A stretch of DNA of 64,000 bases from Candidatus Hermodarchaeum yapensis. GTDB lineage: Archaea; Asgardarchaeota; Hermodarchaeia; Hermodarchaeales; Hermodarchaeaceae. Shown here piece after piece: positions 30,253 to 40,207 of the stretch. Position 1 is the first letter of the stretch; every line of letters begins with the position of its first letter. Made by a program: the position numbers and the translations under genes. Where the stretch lies: NCBI GenBank assembly GCA_016840405.1, contig JAEOSK010000009.1, forward strand, positions 1 to 64,000. The letters run 5' to 3'. Below the pieces are notes generated by a model. It ran no database searches. It worked only from the letters and a program-made list of their open reading frames with translations, and had not been told where the DNA came from.

Positions 30253-30573
30253 TCACTCAGATTTTTCCCAGAGTTCAATGAACCGTCGGAGAGCTAGAGC
30301 ACGCAGATTCTCGATTTTATATCGAAATATCCTTATTCGGCCGAACGTTTTTTCCTGAACGAGTTGCGCACGTTCTAAAAACCGAAGATGCCTCCTTGTA
30401 GTACTGTGATTCAGCTGAGCTCTCCGGGCGATTTCAGAGATATTTAGCTCACCACACTCAGCCAACAGACGAATTATCTTGATACGTCCGCGAGAGGAGA
30501 AAAGAAGTTCAACTGGAATTAGTCGATTATCGGGAACCTGCTCAAGAATAGCTGTCTCAGGTCTATCAATCAC
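30253..30573 (-). CDS. ArsR-like winged HTH protein
   Basis: 'LFSSRGRIKII...LNISEIARRAQLNHSTTRRHL'; overlaps the cdc6 stop. Confidence 0.8.
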   Translation of the reverse strand: MIDRPETAILEQVPDNRLIPVELLFSSRGRIKIIRLLAECGELNISEIARRAQLNHSTTRRHLRFLERAQLVQEKTFGRIRIFRYKIENLRALALRRFIELWEKSE

Positions 30574-31778
30574 CTACTGCCACCAACTTTCTTTTTTTCA
30601 ATCTGTAGTTCAAGTTCGCGTTCTAACACTACGGCTGGAATATCAGGAAGCCCAATTAGAGTGGTTTTTCCGCGTTGACCAATGCCAGAAAGTTTCGAAG
30701 ATAGAATTCCTAACCCGACAAGATCTTGAACATACGTCCATATTTGGGTATGAGCGCGTGGCGTTTGGCCATTCTCTTCACAGACAAGCCGATACCGCGC
30801 TTCTAGCTCACCAGTTTTCACGTAGGCATCTTCTGAAGGTTTTAACAATCTGCATACGGCGAGCAGCAGAAATTTCTGGTGAAGCGATAAATCCAAGAGA
30901 ACCTCCCGTCGTATTTCAGGCGTGGTAAAAGCTTTAGCACTTCTCACGAACTCGGGTAAGATGCGAAGTACACCCTTCTCGTCCGCAGCTTTCCCTGCGT
31001 GATACAGAAGTGATAGAGCGTACCGTGCATCTCCTGATGTTCCTGCGATATCAGTGATTAGATCAATTGTGCTTTCAGGAACTGCTCCGTCGAGAACGGC
31101 TTCTTTTACTCGATAGTTCAGGATATCTCGAAGCTGGAGGGAGTTATAACGATTGAATTGTATTAGGTTCTTCTGTAGTGTACTCCAAGTACTTGGATCA
31201 AGAATGTAGCCAAAAAGTGGACTACGGCTTATACCTATTAATGATACTCTTTGTTGCGCGTTTAATTGGTCATCCACAGTACGTGATAAAAGATAAAGAA
31301 GTTCTTCTCCACATCGTTTGAGAAATACACCGAGTTCATCTAGCGTAATGAGCAAATACAGGTTGTTTGTTTCAATAAACTCCAAAATTATTGAAAGTAG
31401 TTCTTGTGTTGAGAGCCCCCGGAGAGGAATACCTGTTTGAAGCGCCGAGAGTATTTTATTTAGAATCATATATTCGGTTCGTTCACGTCGCGCATTAACA
31501 TGAATATACACTAAGTTGAATCCATGACCCTGAGCAATCTCTGTCAGTAGTTTTCCAAATAGCTTTGTTACAGAAGTCTTTCCCGAACCTGTATCACCGA
31601 CGAGTAATACCTTTTGTGAAACATGACCAGGTGCCTCGATTACCCCGCGAAACAGCTGGGTTAGCTTACGGAGATGCTCTTCACGATGGGGGAGGGTGGG
31701 AGGAACATAATCAATGGAAAGCTTCGCTTCATTGATGAATACAGATGGGCGTTGCAATTCATGCCGAATGATCTCCAT
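30570..31778 (-). CDS. cdc6: Orc1/Cdc6 family protein (second paralog)
   Basis: YVPPTLPHRE, GDTGSGKT, LDE, GDAR, C-terminal wHTH. Confidence 0.92.
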   Translation of the reverse strand: MEIIRHELQRPSVFINEAKLSIDYVPPTLPHREEHLRKLTQLFRGVIEAPGHVSQKVLLVGDTGSGKTSVTKLFGKLLTEIAQGHGFNLVYIHVNARRERTEYMILNKILSALQTGIPLRGLSTQELLSIILEFIETNNLYLLITLDELGVFLKRCGEELLYLLSRTVDDQLNAQQRVSLIGISRSPLFGYILDPSTWSTLQKNLIQFNRYNSLQLRDILNYRVKEAVLDGAVPESTIDLITDIAGTSGDARYALSLLYHAGKAADEKGVLRILPEFVRSAKAFTTPEIRREVLLDLSLHQKFLLLAVCRLLKPSEDAYVKTGELEARYRLVCEENGQTPRAHTQIWTYVQDLVGLGILSSKLSGIGQRGKTTLIGLPDIPAVVLERELELQIEKKKVGGSR

Positions 31779-31886
31779 CCTGTGTTCTCCATTCGCGGTG
31801 TTCTGAACATACAGAAGGTGTAATAAAAGAGAAGACAGAGTTAGAGATAAGTGAACTCGAGTTTTTGGTAACTGTTGATGGTAGAT

Positions 31887-32426
31887 TCATTTTTCACGAA
31901 TCGGTTCGGAAAAGACTCGTGTTTGTAGATATTCTCCTAATACTGTTAGGGCATAGCTTGCTAGACGGGAATTATCGCAGTGATCGCGTCTATGCCTCCG
32001 AAGCTGTGCCGCGTTAAGAATACGGTTGAGAGTTGTAAACACCTCACGCGAATCGTTCATGAGAAGGGAGATTCGAGCTTCAGGGACATCAAGTTGTTCA
32101 TCTAGAGACACACGACCACCCCAGCCTTCATCGATGAAGAGAATAAGAAAGATAAGAGTTGCGATTCCAGTTACTAGGTAGCGAATCCCTAGTGATGTTG
32201 TAGGAAACGAAGAGCCGGTTACTTCGGCTATGAGGATAAGCAGTTCTGATCCCGCGAAGCTGATAGCCACGACGGCGAGACCAACTAGCGAAAATACAAG
32301 CCGAATACGTCTACGAGCATAGACATCTCTGATTATTGTATCAATAAAAAGGAAATCGCCAACAAGAGGATATAGAATGAAGAGTAAAGTAGCACGCATT
32401 CCCGATACGGTCTTGGATTGAGCCAT
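31887..32426 (-). CDS. Hypothetical membrane protein
   Basis: Three hydrophobic segments; 179 aa. Confidence 0.65.
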   Translation of the reverse strand: MAQSKTVSGMRATLLFILYPLVGDFLFIDTIIRDVYARRRIRLVFSLVGLAVVAISFAGSELLILIAEVTGSSFPTTSLGIRYLVTGIATLIFLILFIDEGWGGRVSLDEQLDVPEARISLLMNDSREVFTTLNRILNAAQLRRHRRDHCDNSRLASYALTVLGEYLQTRVFSEPIREK

Positions 32427-32535
32427 AGACTAGCCCCTTTCTCACCGATTTGCCAAACAAAGAGGATACGATGGGAAAGAATATATAGCGTTCGTATGGT
32501 CTAATTCACGCCCACGATAATTCTTTGGTGAGTCG

Positions 32536-32958
32536 ATGTCTGACCTTTGGTGGCCAAAATTCATCCGTAAACCCCGTCTAAAACTACGCGTGCCCCAGTT
32601 CCGAGGAGTGCACATGCCTTCAAAATGGATATTTTTCGCCATTGTACTAGGAATCTATTACTTCATAGTGAGTGGTAGTATTTTCAGTTTATCATATATT
32701 CCCCCACCTTTTGGCGGAACAGAAGAAGCGCTTAGGATCCTTTGGCCAGGACTTAGCCGTCAGTTCCTTCTCGAAGGAATCGTCGGAGGAATCATGTACC
32801 TAATCGGCTTCATTGGATTCTTCTTTATGTACCATAGTACAAGGCACATCTACCGACCACGCTACTCCCAAATGTTGCTAGCCATAGGCATTGTTCTAAT
32901 TCTCGTATCTTTCATTACTTCCCAATACATGGTTAATTACAAGATATTTGTAAGATAG
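32536..32958 (+). CDS. Oligosaccharyltransferase subunit, OSTC/DC2-like (OST3/OST6 family)
   Basis: P.LKL..P...HMPS, Y+..G.I, PP.FG and Q+.+EG pattern with 3 TMs, matching eukaryotic DC2 as I recall it. Confidence 0.75.
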   Translation: MSDLWWPKFIRKPRLKLRVPQFRGVHMPSKWIFFAIVLGIYYFIVSGSIFSLSYIPPPFGGTEEALRILWPGLSRQFLLEGIVGGIMYLIGFIGFFFMYHSTRHIYRPRYSQMLLAIGIVLILVSFITSQYMVNYKIFVR

Positions 32959-32973
32959 GCAGATATTGCCTAG

Positions 32974-33549
32974 TTACCAAGGGACCGTCTTCAACCGTAA
33001 AAGATAGCCTATGAAATTTGCTAATAAGTGGATAATCGGTGTTACAATTAACAGGAAAGCCACAAAAAGTAACGGCAAAGGGGTAATAAGCCACCCAAAA
33101 AGAATTGCCATAATAAGAAAATCCAATTGATCAAGTAAGGGTGCTGGGCGACCTCTTGAGATATTCATTCTTCGTTTAACAAATGAACCAATTAAATCTC
33201 CAATCAAGGCTCCTAAAGCTACCATCATCACAAGTGGAATAGGTAATAACACAATAGGAACAAATTCGGGTGGCAGAATTAAATATTGTACAATCAGAGC
33301 TTCCAAAAATGGTGCAGTAAATACTTGGAGAAGCCCCACGCACACTCCACTAATGAACCCAATAATAAAACCTTCCCAACTCTTCCCAGGACCGAGTATG
33401 AAACGCTCATCCTTGAGAACACGTCCTCCATCAATTGGATGGGGAGAAGCAAAAAATTTGGCAAACACCGCAAACCCATTCGCAACATACGCTGGGAGAA
33501 TATACCAAAAACCTAGAAGAAGCAGAATTGGATGAGACATTGTAATCAT
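32974..33549 (-). CDS. carS: CDP-archaeol synthase
   Basis: PAYVAN, PIDGG, GKSWEG, GDLIGSFVKRR, LDQLD. Confidence 0.93.
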   Translation of the reverse strand: MITMSHPILLLLGFWYILPAYVANGFAVFAKFFASPHPIDGGRVLKDERFILGPGKSWEGFIIGFISGVCVGLLQVFTAPFLEALIVQYLILPPEFVPIVLLPIPLVMMVALGALIGDLIGSFVKRRMNISRGRPAPLLDQLDFLIMAILFGWLITPLPLLFVAFLLIVTPIIHLLANFIGYLLRLKTVPW

Positions 33550-33559
33550 CTTGTTGGAG

Positions 33560-34240
33560 TTACCTAAAGCCTGATTCCTGTAATTGCAATACTAGAGTTA
33601 ATGGTTCCGAATCTTGTGACCTAAACAACTTAAATTCTCTGTAACCCTTCGATTCAGCTCTTGAGATTAGGAGAGAGTAGGTACTCCAATACGAAGTTAT
33701 TGAATCCGCAACCGGTCGGAAATTGTTTTCTCCTTCGATATTTCCACGGACCTGATTAATTAGAATTACAGCAACTGATTGAGATATCGCAAAGTTGGCA
33801 ATCATTCCCAACTGTTGATTCAGCTTTCGATTGAGGATGAGATTCTCTGAACTTTCACCAAGTTCCTTCCGGTAAAGAGAAACGATTGTATCAAAAATTA
33901 CCAACCGAGTGCCAGACGGGATTAATGACTCAAACTGTGAAACCATTAGTGCTTGATTATTGAAACTAGTTGGCGAAACTACATTAATCAAAGGAGTAAT
34001 CTTATTGAATTCAGATCCAGACAATTGATTCAACCGAATTATCGGAAATTTCCCCTCTGTGTTTACATAAAACACCTGAAATCCATTTTTTGCTGTGGCA
34101 ATAGCAAACTGCAGAGCCAAGGTTGTCTTTCCAACCCCACCTGGTCCATAAATCTGGAATATCTCAGTGGATCGTAGACCCCCACCCAAGGCCTTATCCA
34201 ACTCAGGAGCTCCAGAAGGGAAATATCTCATAATTGGCAT
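33560..34240 (-). CDS. radB: DNA repair protein RadB
   Basis: LDKALGGG, GPGGVGKT, NTEG, INQV; short RecA-fold protein. Confidence 0.85.
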   Translation of the reverse strand: MPIMRYFPSGAPELDKALGGGLRSTEIFQIYGPGGVGKTTLALQFAIATAKNGFQVFYVNTEGKFPIIRLNQLSGSEFNKITPLINVVSPTSFNNQALMVSQFESLIPSGTRLVIFDTIVSLYRKELGESSENLILNRKLNQQLGMIANFAISQSVAVILINQVRGNIEGENNFRPVADSITSYWSTYSLLISRAESKGYREFKLFRSQDSEPLTLVLQLQESGFR

Positions 34241-34312
34241 CTCGGTTAATATTACTTCAATGAATTCAATGAATTTGTTATTATTAATGATTACATAATA
34301 GGATTAGTATTA

Positions 34313-36268
34313 TCATACCTCTGAATAAAAAGATTTCAACTTGTCGAAGAGTACTCCATCGCTATCGTTGGAGCTTTTCAAATTTTCGATAATCCAACTG
34401 GGAAGCAAGCGACTACAAGATGGTGTTGCATAACGATCATCAAGAAACACTATTGCCCCACGATCATCAAGTCGACGAACAGAGCGCCCAGCTGCTTGCG
34501 AAGCACTCCTCAGTGCTGGCAGCTGATAACCGTAAAGTCGCCCTTTACCTGGAAATTGTTGTTCGAAATAATCAATACGGGTGGCTTCTATTGGGTTCGG
34601 TCTGGGATAAGGAACCCCTACAACGATTACTGTTTGCATTTCCCTTCCTGGATAATCTTCACCCTCACTGTTTCTCCCACTCAACACACCCAAGAGCGCT
34701 GCTCCTGCATCAGCCCTGGCTTTATAGGCTTGAATCATGGCATCATTTTCGTTTGATGAACTGCCTGGTTTCTCTACAAAGAGCTCTCGATTGATTTGTG
34801 AGGCAAGACCCGAATTAAGTAATGATTGTAAAACTGAATATGAGGGAACAAAGATTCCAACATTGTGAGTGGTAGCCTGGCATACCTCAACGATACGACG
34901 GGTTATCTTTGTAAACATTCTTGGTGTTCTGTATTTCATTGCTGTTGTTACACCAAGACTAATTACAGGAAAGATCTGATTAGGACTAAAAGGAGACGGC
35001 AAATTCAACACCTGTGTTCCCTTAGGTAATCCCACTAAGTCAATATGAGCACTTATTGGTTGCAATGTCCCTGAAAGGTGAACTGACGAATGACAAGCTT
35101 CAAAAACGGTAACCGTTGCACACCGTGGGTCTAGCGCAATTAGCTCTAGACGAGCAGAGTTTCTCTTGGATTCATTTCTTACAATGAAATACGCGGAATC
35201 AGAACGGTGGAGAGAATTACTCCATTTGACAAAGAATCTGCCTAGTGAATAAATATAGCTTATTGGAGCCAAGCTTTCAGTCAAGAGCTTCTTTATCAGT
35301 TTGTCTCCAAGTTGTAACAACTTTGTAGAAAAAGTCTCTAAATCGTTAGACTTTATCGATTTTGAAATTTGAGTATTGAAAACTTTTGGATCTAATTTTA
35401 TTTCTTGCTCGGAGTGTGTTTCAAGTAGTTTCTGGATAACATGATCTAGTTTGTTACAGAATGTTACGACTGAGTGTAAGTCGTAGCGTTTTGCTTCCCT
35501 CCTTGCTTGACGAATGGAGTTAAGAGAAAGTTTAGCTGATGCCAATTCGACAGCTATCCGGGGGAGGTTATGGGCTTCATCTATGATGAGTATTGTATTT
35601 GAAAATGGTCGGGCGAAGGCCTCTAAAAATGATTGATGGATTTGGGGATCAAAAATCTGAAAATAGGTAGTTGCAACGACGGTAACAAAGGGTAATATCC
35701 GCTTTGTAAGTTCATAGGGACAAACCCGTTCTTTGAGGCATTTTTGACGTAGTTCCGACCCAGTTAGAGGTACCTTATAAAATTGAGTGTAATAATTCCG
35801 ATTTCTTTTTGTCTTCTTTAAGAGATTTTGATAAAATTCACATCGCCCTGCGAGTCTTAATTGAAAACAAATGAACATGGCCTGTTGGGCATTAGATGCA
35901 TATCTTTGAATCAAGGGATTCAAACAGGAAACAGCTCTCCCCCGTAGCACAACTCCGTTCAATCCTGTTGATTCTGAGATAAGCCGTAGTTCATGCATAA
36001 CCCGATCCAGTTGTTTGTGAGTACGGGCGATGTAGACAATGCCATAATTATTCGTTTTAAGGAGAGGAAGCACTCCTGACAATGCAGCGATTGTTTTACC
36101 AAACCCATTCGCGGCTTCGACACACAAGTGCGTTCCGACTGCTGCATATTCTTGAATGGCTCTGATAAGGGTTAGTTGACCTGGCCGAGGAGTCGAATAC
36201 GGAAAATAGGATGAAGCTGCATTAGCACACATTTGCCAAGTCCTCACAGATGAATATGTATCTACCAT
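34313..36268 (-). CDS. xpd: XPD/Rad3-like Fe-S DNA helicase
   Basis: R.GQ Q-motif, GFGKT, four Fe-S Cys, DEAH, SGTL, QAAGR. Confidence 0.9.
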   Translation of the reverse strand: MVDTYSSVRTWQMCANAASSYFPYSTPRPGQLTLIRAIQEYAAVGTHLCVEAANGFGKTIAALSGVLPLLKTNNYGIVYIARTHKQLDRVMHELRLISESTGLNGVVLRGRAVSCLNPLIQRYASNAQQAMFICFQLRLAGRCEFYQNLLKKTKRNRNYYTQFYKVPLTGSELRQKCLKERVCPYELTKRILPFVTVVATTYFQIFDPQIHQSFLEAFARPFSNTILIIDEAHNLPRIAVELASAKLSLNSIRQARREAKRYDLHSVVTFCNKLDHVIQKLLETHSEQEIKLDPKVFNTQISKSIKSNDLETFSTKLLQLGDKLIKKLLTESLAPISYIYSLGRFFVKWSNSLHRSDSAYFIVRNESKRNSARLELIALDPRCATVTVFEACHSSVHLSGTLQPISAHIDLVGLPKGTQVLNLPSPFSPNQIFPVISLGVTTAMKYRTPRMFTKITRRIVEVCQATTHNVGIFVPSYSVLQSLLNSGLASQINRELFVEKPGSSSNENDAMIQAYKARADAGAALLGVLSGRNSEGEDYPGREMQTVIVVGVPYPRPNPIEATRIDYFEQQFPGKGRLYGYQLPALRSASQAAGRSVRRLDDRGAIVFLDDRYATPSCSRLLPSWIIENLKSSNDSDGVLFDKLKSFYSEV

Positions 36269-36432
36269 AAAAACCTCATCACCTGTTCAGTTGTAATTTT
36301 TGATTCATTATACTTATTGAAATTATTGAAATCAATAATTTAGAAATTGGTGATAGCCGGGTGTTAACACCGACGCATTTTTGAGGTGCCATTTCAATTC
36401 GTATACAAAATTGTATCCATGGAGATAGCCAG

Positions 36433-36945
36433 TTGACCCAAAAAAACGAAGTAGAGGAGACGCGCTCTTGGTCTCGCAGAATGCAAGAAGACCCAGTTAC
36501 CCAATTGCTAGCAGAAAATAGCCACCTAACAAATGTGCAACTTGAAACACTCATCATAGACTATTTGCTGGATGGTTTTGGAGAGAAACGTATTGACTAT
36601 AAAACTAAAGCCACCTTACGAGATCCAAGACCTAGAACAAAGAAGCCTAAGGGGATTAGTCGGGGATCGTTCAACCGATCACTCGCCCAAGCCCGAAAGA
36701 ACGTATCAAAGTCGATTTTTACATTAGTTCTCCTAGGTTATTTAGGAATTCTGGAAACTCCATCACTCATGCAATATCAAGACCTCTCCGAAACTATTCG
36801 AAGTTATGCACGAGAATATGACAAGGTAGCCACAACTAAGGAAACTCCAACACCAACTCACCTCAGCTCCCTTAAGCAAACACAACACCGCATCATTGCC
36901 CTAATCGAAGCACTTGCCAAACCGCTTGCCCTGAAACCCGAATAA
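36433..36945 (+). CDS. Hypothetical protein with HTH-like segment
   Basis: 'ISRGSFNRSLAQARKNV' helix pattern; 170 aa. Confidence 0.65.
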   Translation: MTQKNEVEETRSWSRRMQEDPVTQLLAENSHLTNVQLETLIIDYLLDGFGEKRIDYKTKATLRDPRPRTKKPKGISRGSFNRSLAQARKNVSKSIFTLVLLGYLGILETPSLMQYQDLSETIRSYAREYDKVATTKETPTPTHLSSLKQTQHRIIALIEALAKPLALKPE

Positions 36946-36973
36946 GGAACTTTATTGAAAGCCAAAAAAATAG

Positions 36974-37573
36974 TTAGATTTCTGAAAATTTCATTTTTTC
37001 AGCCAAGATTGTTGCGACTGTTTCTCCAGTATCAGTACACTGAATGACATCCTGATTCTGAAGCACAAGGCCACTCTTTTCTAAATTGGTTATCGCTTGA
37101 TTGATATAGTCAGCATCGAAACCGAAGTTAAGAAGTTCATCGACTTGAATAACTCCTCCGAACCTTTTCAACATAAATAGGACTGAAAGATAACCCAATC
37201 TAGAAATGAGTTTACTAGCCATCAAAAGGTTGTCATCCTCAGCAACCGTCCAAATCGCTGAGGGCACCCAACCAATGAAGTTGTAATAATCGACTTCATC
37301 GAATTTGTGAAGCAATTCAAGTATAGGACCTTCTGTACCAGGTTGAACTCCTAATACGCTTTTTCCCAATTTAACAAACGGTAATTGATCCATAATGCCT
37401 GAATAATGATAAGTACGGGTAACTTCTTTGCCACCTTTTAGCAGCTGTTTAACTTGTTGGGTGTATCCATATAATTCTCGGAAAAAACGGGTCTTTCTAG
37501 ACTGGTTAGAGCCTTTAGGTTGCTTGAAATCAAATGAGACGATCCATAATCTCTTCGTGCCGCTTACTTGCAT
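36974..37573 (-). CDS. Cas2/VapD-like ferredoxin-fold domain fused to a wHTH (hypothetical)
   Basis: 'WIVSFDF...FFRELYG...KLGKSV' followed by a C-terminal wHTH; SD GGAGG before ATG 37573. Confidence 0.55.
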   Translation of the reverse strand: MQVSGTKRLWIVSFDFKQPKGSNQSRKTRFFRELYGYTQQVKQLLKGGKEVTRTYHYSGIMDQLPFVKLGKSVLGVQPGTEGPILELLHKFDEVDYYNFIGWVPSAIWTVAEDDNLLMASKLISRLGYLSVLFMLKRFGGVIQVDELLNFGFDADYINQAITNLEKSGLVLQNQDVIQCTDTGETVATILAEKMKFSEI

Positions 37574-37711
37574 CTTGCTTCCTCCGGAATTTGCCCAACA
37601 ATTAAACATAAGGTAGTGGATTCCCTAAAAGTTAAACTAAAGAAAATTAACTGAAAGGAATGACTTCAATAATTTCATTAATTTTATTGAAGTTATTTCT
37701 TTTTATGCTAT

Positions 37712-38080
37712 TTACGATTTGCGTTGAAGCTTTTCGAAGACCTCAGGAAAATCTGATTTTATCTTCGCCTCGAGTGCCTCTGCAATAAACCGCGATTTAC
37801 CACCAAACCCACCATATTTACCTTCTCCTGATTTTGTGGCAGCAATTGCCACATAATCCAAGGCGGCTTTGATCCACGCTGGAATGCTCGCACTTATAGT
37901 TCTGCGTCCTTCGTATTCACTTTCAATGCGTAAGCGTTTAAGACTTGAATCACCGACTCTTGATGATAATTCTTCTAACTCGATATCAGATGTTTTTTCT
38001 GCTGGTTTTTTTGATTCTTTTTTGGGTTTGGTTTCTTTTTCCTTCTTCAATCGTTCTCTTATCAGATCCGTAGCCGACAT
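37712..38080 (-). CDS. SegB-like ribbon-helix-helix DNA-binding protein
   Basis: Charged, flexible N-terminus (MSATDLI...) and C-terminal 'KSRFIAEALEAKIKSDFPEVF', resembling Sulfolobus SegB as recalled. Confidence 0.65.
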   Translation of the reverse strand: MSATDLIRERLKKEKETKPKKESKKPAEKTSDIELEELSSRVGDSSLKRLRIESEYEGRRTISASIPAWIKAALDYVAIAATKSGEGKYGGFGGKSRFIAEALEAKIKSDFPEVFEKLQRKS

Positions 38081-38092
38081 GATTTATTCACC

Positions 38093-39406
38093 TCACACAA
38101 ATGTGGAACCCTTGGTCCATAGTTCAGTAGCCTGAATACGTCCCGCTTCAGGACTGTAGATAAGGCCTTGTTTTTCAAATAGATCGAAATCCTCCAATAC
38201 GTTTTCCCAAGAGCTATCATGAATTTGTAGCCAGTCTTCAATTTCATCAAGTGATCTTGCAACAGAAAGGAAACTCAGAAGCTCAGTTTGAAATGAAGAA
38301 AATTCTGCTCTTGCCCGTTTTACCTCTTTTTGTACAAACCGTTGAACGTAGTTGAAGTCTATTTGATATGCTGATAGAATATGATCTAGCGTGTAACCAT
38401 CGTTTACAAGAACTTCAGCACCACGAACTGCATCCTGAAGACAGCGTAATAATAGCTCAAGCATAATCCCGGGATTACCCCCAGAATAACTGAAAATACC
38501 CTCTAGTGCTTCAACTGTATAGGGATACAGTAACTCTTTCACTGTATCAGACTCATAATCTACACTATCCTCCGAATTCGATTGCAGTTTGTCCATTGCA
38601 CCTTTGAGGTAGGCTATTCTCCAGAGCATGACTTTCATTGCACTTGATTTATTCATTCGACGCATATCGTAGATTTCAACGAACCGTCTTCGAATAGCAG
38701 ACTTGGTTCCATGACCTAAGGTTTCTCCAACTGATGAGAGTATTTCAAGAGTCTTAATAGCACTCTCGCCAACACGGGTAATTACTGCCAAGGCTAGGAC
38801 AACGTATCGACGTCCATCTCTGGTTTTGTCGTTTACCATTCGTAATAGCGTATCTACAATACGTACACGATTATCAGGTCTTTGGCGTTCTAATTGTCGA
38901 AATTCATCAATTAAGAAAACATATGAGGTTCCATTTTCTTCTGCATCCGTTCTTAATGCCAATAGTAAACGAGAAAGCCGTTTAGCAACTGAACCACTGC
39001 GTACGACACGAACACCAACTCTGTCAATTAGGAAATCACGCACAGTTTGTTCTCCAATGTTTGCATGAACCAGGTCATCAATTAAAGCATCAGCCGAACT
39101 AACACCTTCAAGTCTTATGGCCCGAATATTTGGTAGACGATTTAATGATTGCTGGATCATTTCTAAAAATGTGGTTTTTCCCGCGCCCAATGGACCAGAT
39201 ACGACCACACTAGCTGTTTGATTACGCAGATAGTTAACGGCTCTCTTTATTGCTAGGGCTTCCCCTTCTGGAACTACATACAGCTCGTCAGAATCAATGC
39301 CAAATAGCTCAATTCTCTCTGTTTTGAATCCCCATTTTGAAAGCATTTGTTGATCGAATTTTTGTGTTCGTTCGACTAATCGATCCAGCTCACTCAGTTT
39401 CATCAC
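38093..39406 (-). CDS. AAA+ ATPase with C-terminal wHTH
   Basis: GPLGAGKT, FLIDE, 'RRRF', 'YSGGNP'; 12 nt upstream of the SegB-like gene. Confidence 0.8.
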   Translation of the reverse strand: MMKLSELDRLVERTQKFDQQMLSKWGFKTERIELFGIDSDELYVVPEGEALAIKRAVNYLRNQTASVVVSGPLGAGKTTFLEMIQQSLNRLPNIRAIRLEGVSSADALIDDLVHANIGEQTVRDFLIDRVGVRVVRSGSVAKRLSRLLLALRTDAEENGTSYVFLIDEFRQLERQRPDNRVRIVDTLLRMVNDKTRDGRRYVVLALAVITRVGESAIKTLEILSSVGETLGHGTKSAIRRRFVEIYDMRRMNKSSAMKVMLWRIAYLKGAMDKLQSNSEDSVDYESDTVKELLYPYTVEALEGIFSYSGGNPGIMLELLLRCLQDAVRGAEVLVNDGYTLDHILSAYQIDFNYVQRFVQKEVKRARAEFSSFQTELLSFLSVARSLDEIEDWLQIHDSSWENVLEDFDLFEKQGLIYSPEAGRIQATELWTKGSTFV

Positions 39407-39521
39407 GCCTCAGTTATTTTGGAGAAATGTGGGTTCTGTATTATAAGGATTATTGATAGTATTAAAAACATAAAACTAGATAAATTTATTGAATTCATTG
39501 AAATTATTACAAAATCATGTG

Positions 39522-40121
39522 CTAAATTCGTGTAAATGCTATAATATCAATCTTAGTGACGATTCCCACAGGACGTCCTTGATCCTCTATTAATAATGCC
39601 TCAACGCCTGATGCGATTTTGGAGAATGCAAGTTCTACACTCTCGTTAATATCAATTGATGGAAAAGGCTCTTCCATTATTTCATTGACTGATAATGAGA
39701 AGACTCTCTGTGAGTCCATGACCATCAATTTTCGAAGTATAGTACCTTCACTAATACACCCAACAGATTTGTTCTTTTTAATGACAGGAAGTTGTGATAT
39801 GCCATGACGCCTCATCAGTATTACTGCACTTCGTACTTTGTCATTGGGGCTGACCCCGATTAATTGTTGCATCTTTGTAGTTTGGCCTTTCCATTTTAAC
39901 AGCTTTCGTAGACTTGGAGAAACCTGTTCTTGATCTTCGATTGCACTAAGAATTCGTTTAAGCGTAATAATGCTCGGATTCACTTGGCCGTTTTCTATTC
40001 GTGCAACTAAAGACTGACTAATCCCAACTCGAGTAGCAAGTTCTTCTTGCGTGAGCCCAACTTTCTTTCGGAGTTCTTGCAGTTCCTTTGGCGTTGGGAC
40101 ACGAAATTCACTCATCATCAA
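39522..40121 (-). CDS. XRE-HTH + CBS domain regulator
   Basis: LTQEELA...ISQSLVARIE.G; paired CBS domains (ISQLPV, GIVTKIDI). Confidence 0.9.
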   Translation of the reverse strand: MMMSEFRVPTPKELQELRKKVGLTQEELATRVGISQSLVARIENGQVNPSIITLKRILSAIEDQEQVSPSLRKLLKWKGQTTKMQQLIGVSPNDKVRSAVILMRRHGISQLPVIKKNKSVGCISEGTILRKLMVMDSQRVFSLSVNEIMEEPFPSIDINESVELAFSKIASGVEALLIEDQGRPVGIVTKIDIIAFTRI

Positions 40122-40207
40122 ACACTAACCGAAAGCATATACTACTTGATGATAACTCCAAAAGAATTAATACTTCGCTTTCGTCGGTTCAAAGGGAGTT
40201 GACGCCG

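Noticed and set aside
36974-37573. CRISPR-Cas locus suggested by the Cas2-like domain
   Set aside because: No repeat-spacer array and no other cas gene seen in the window
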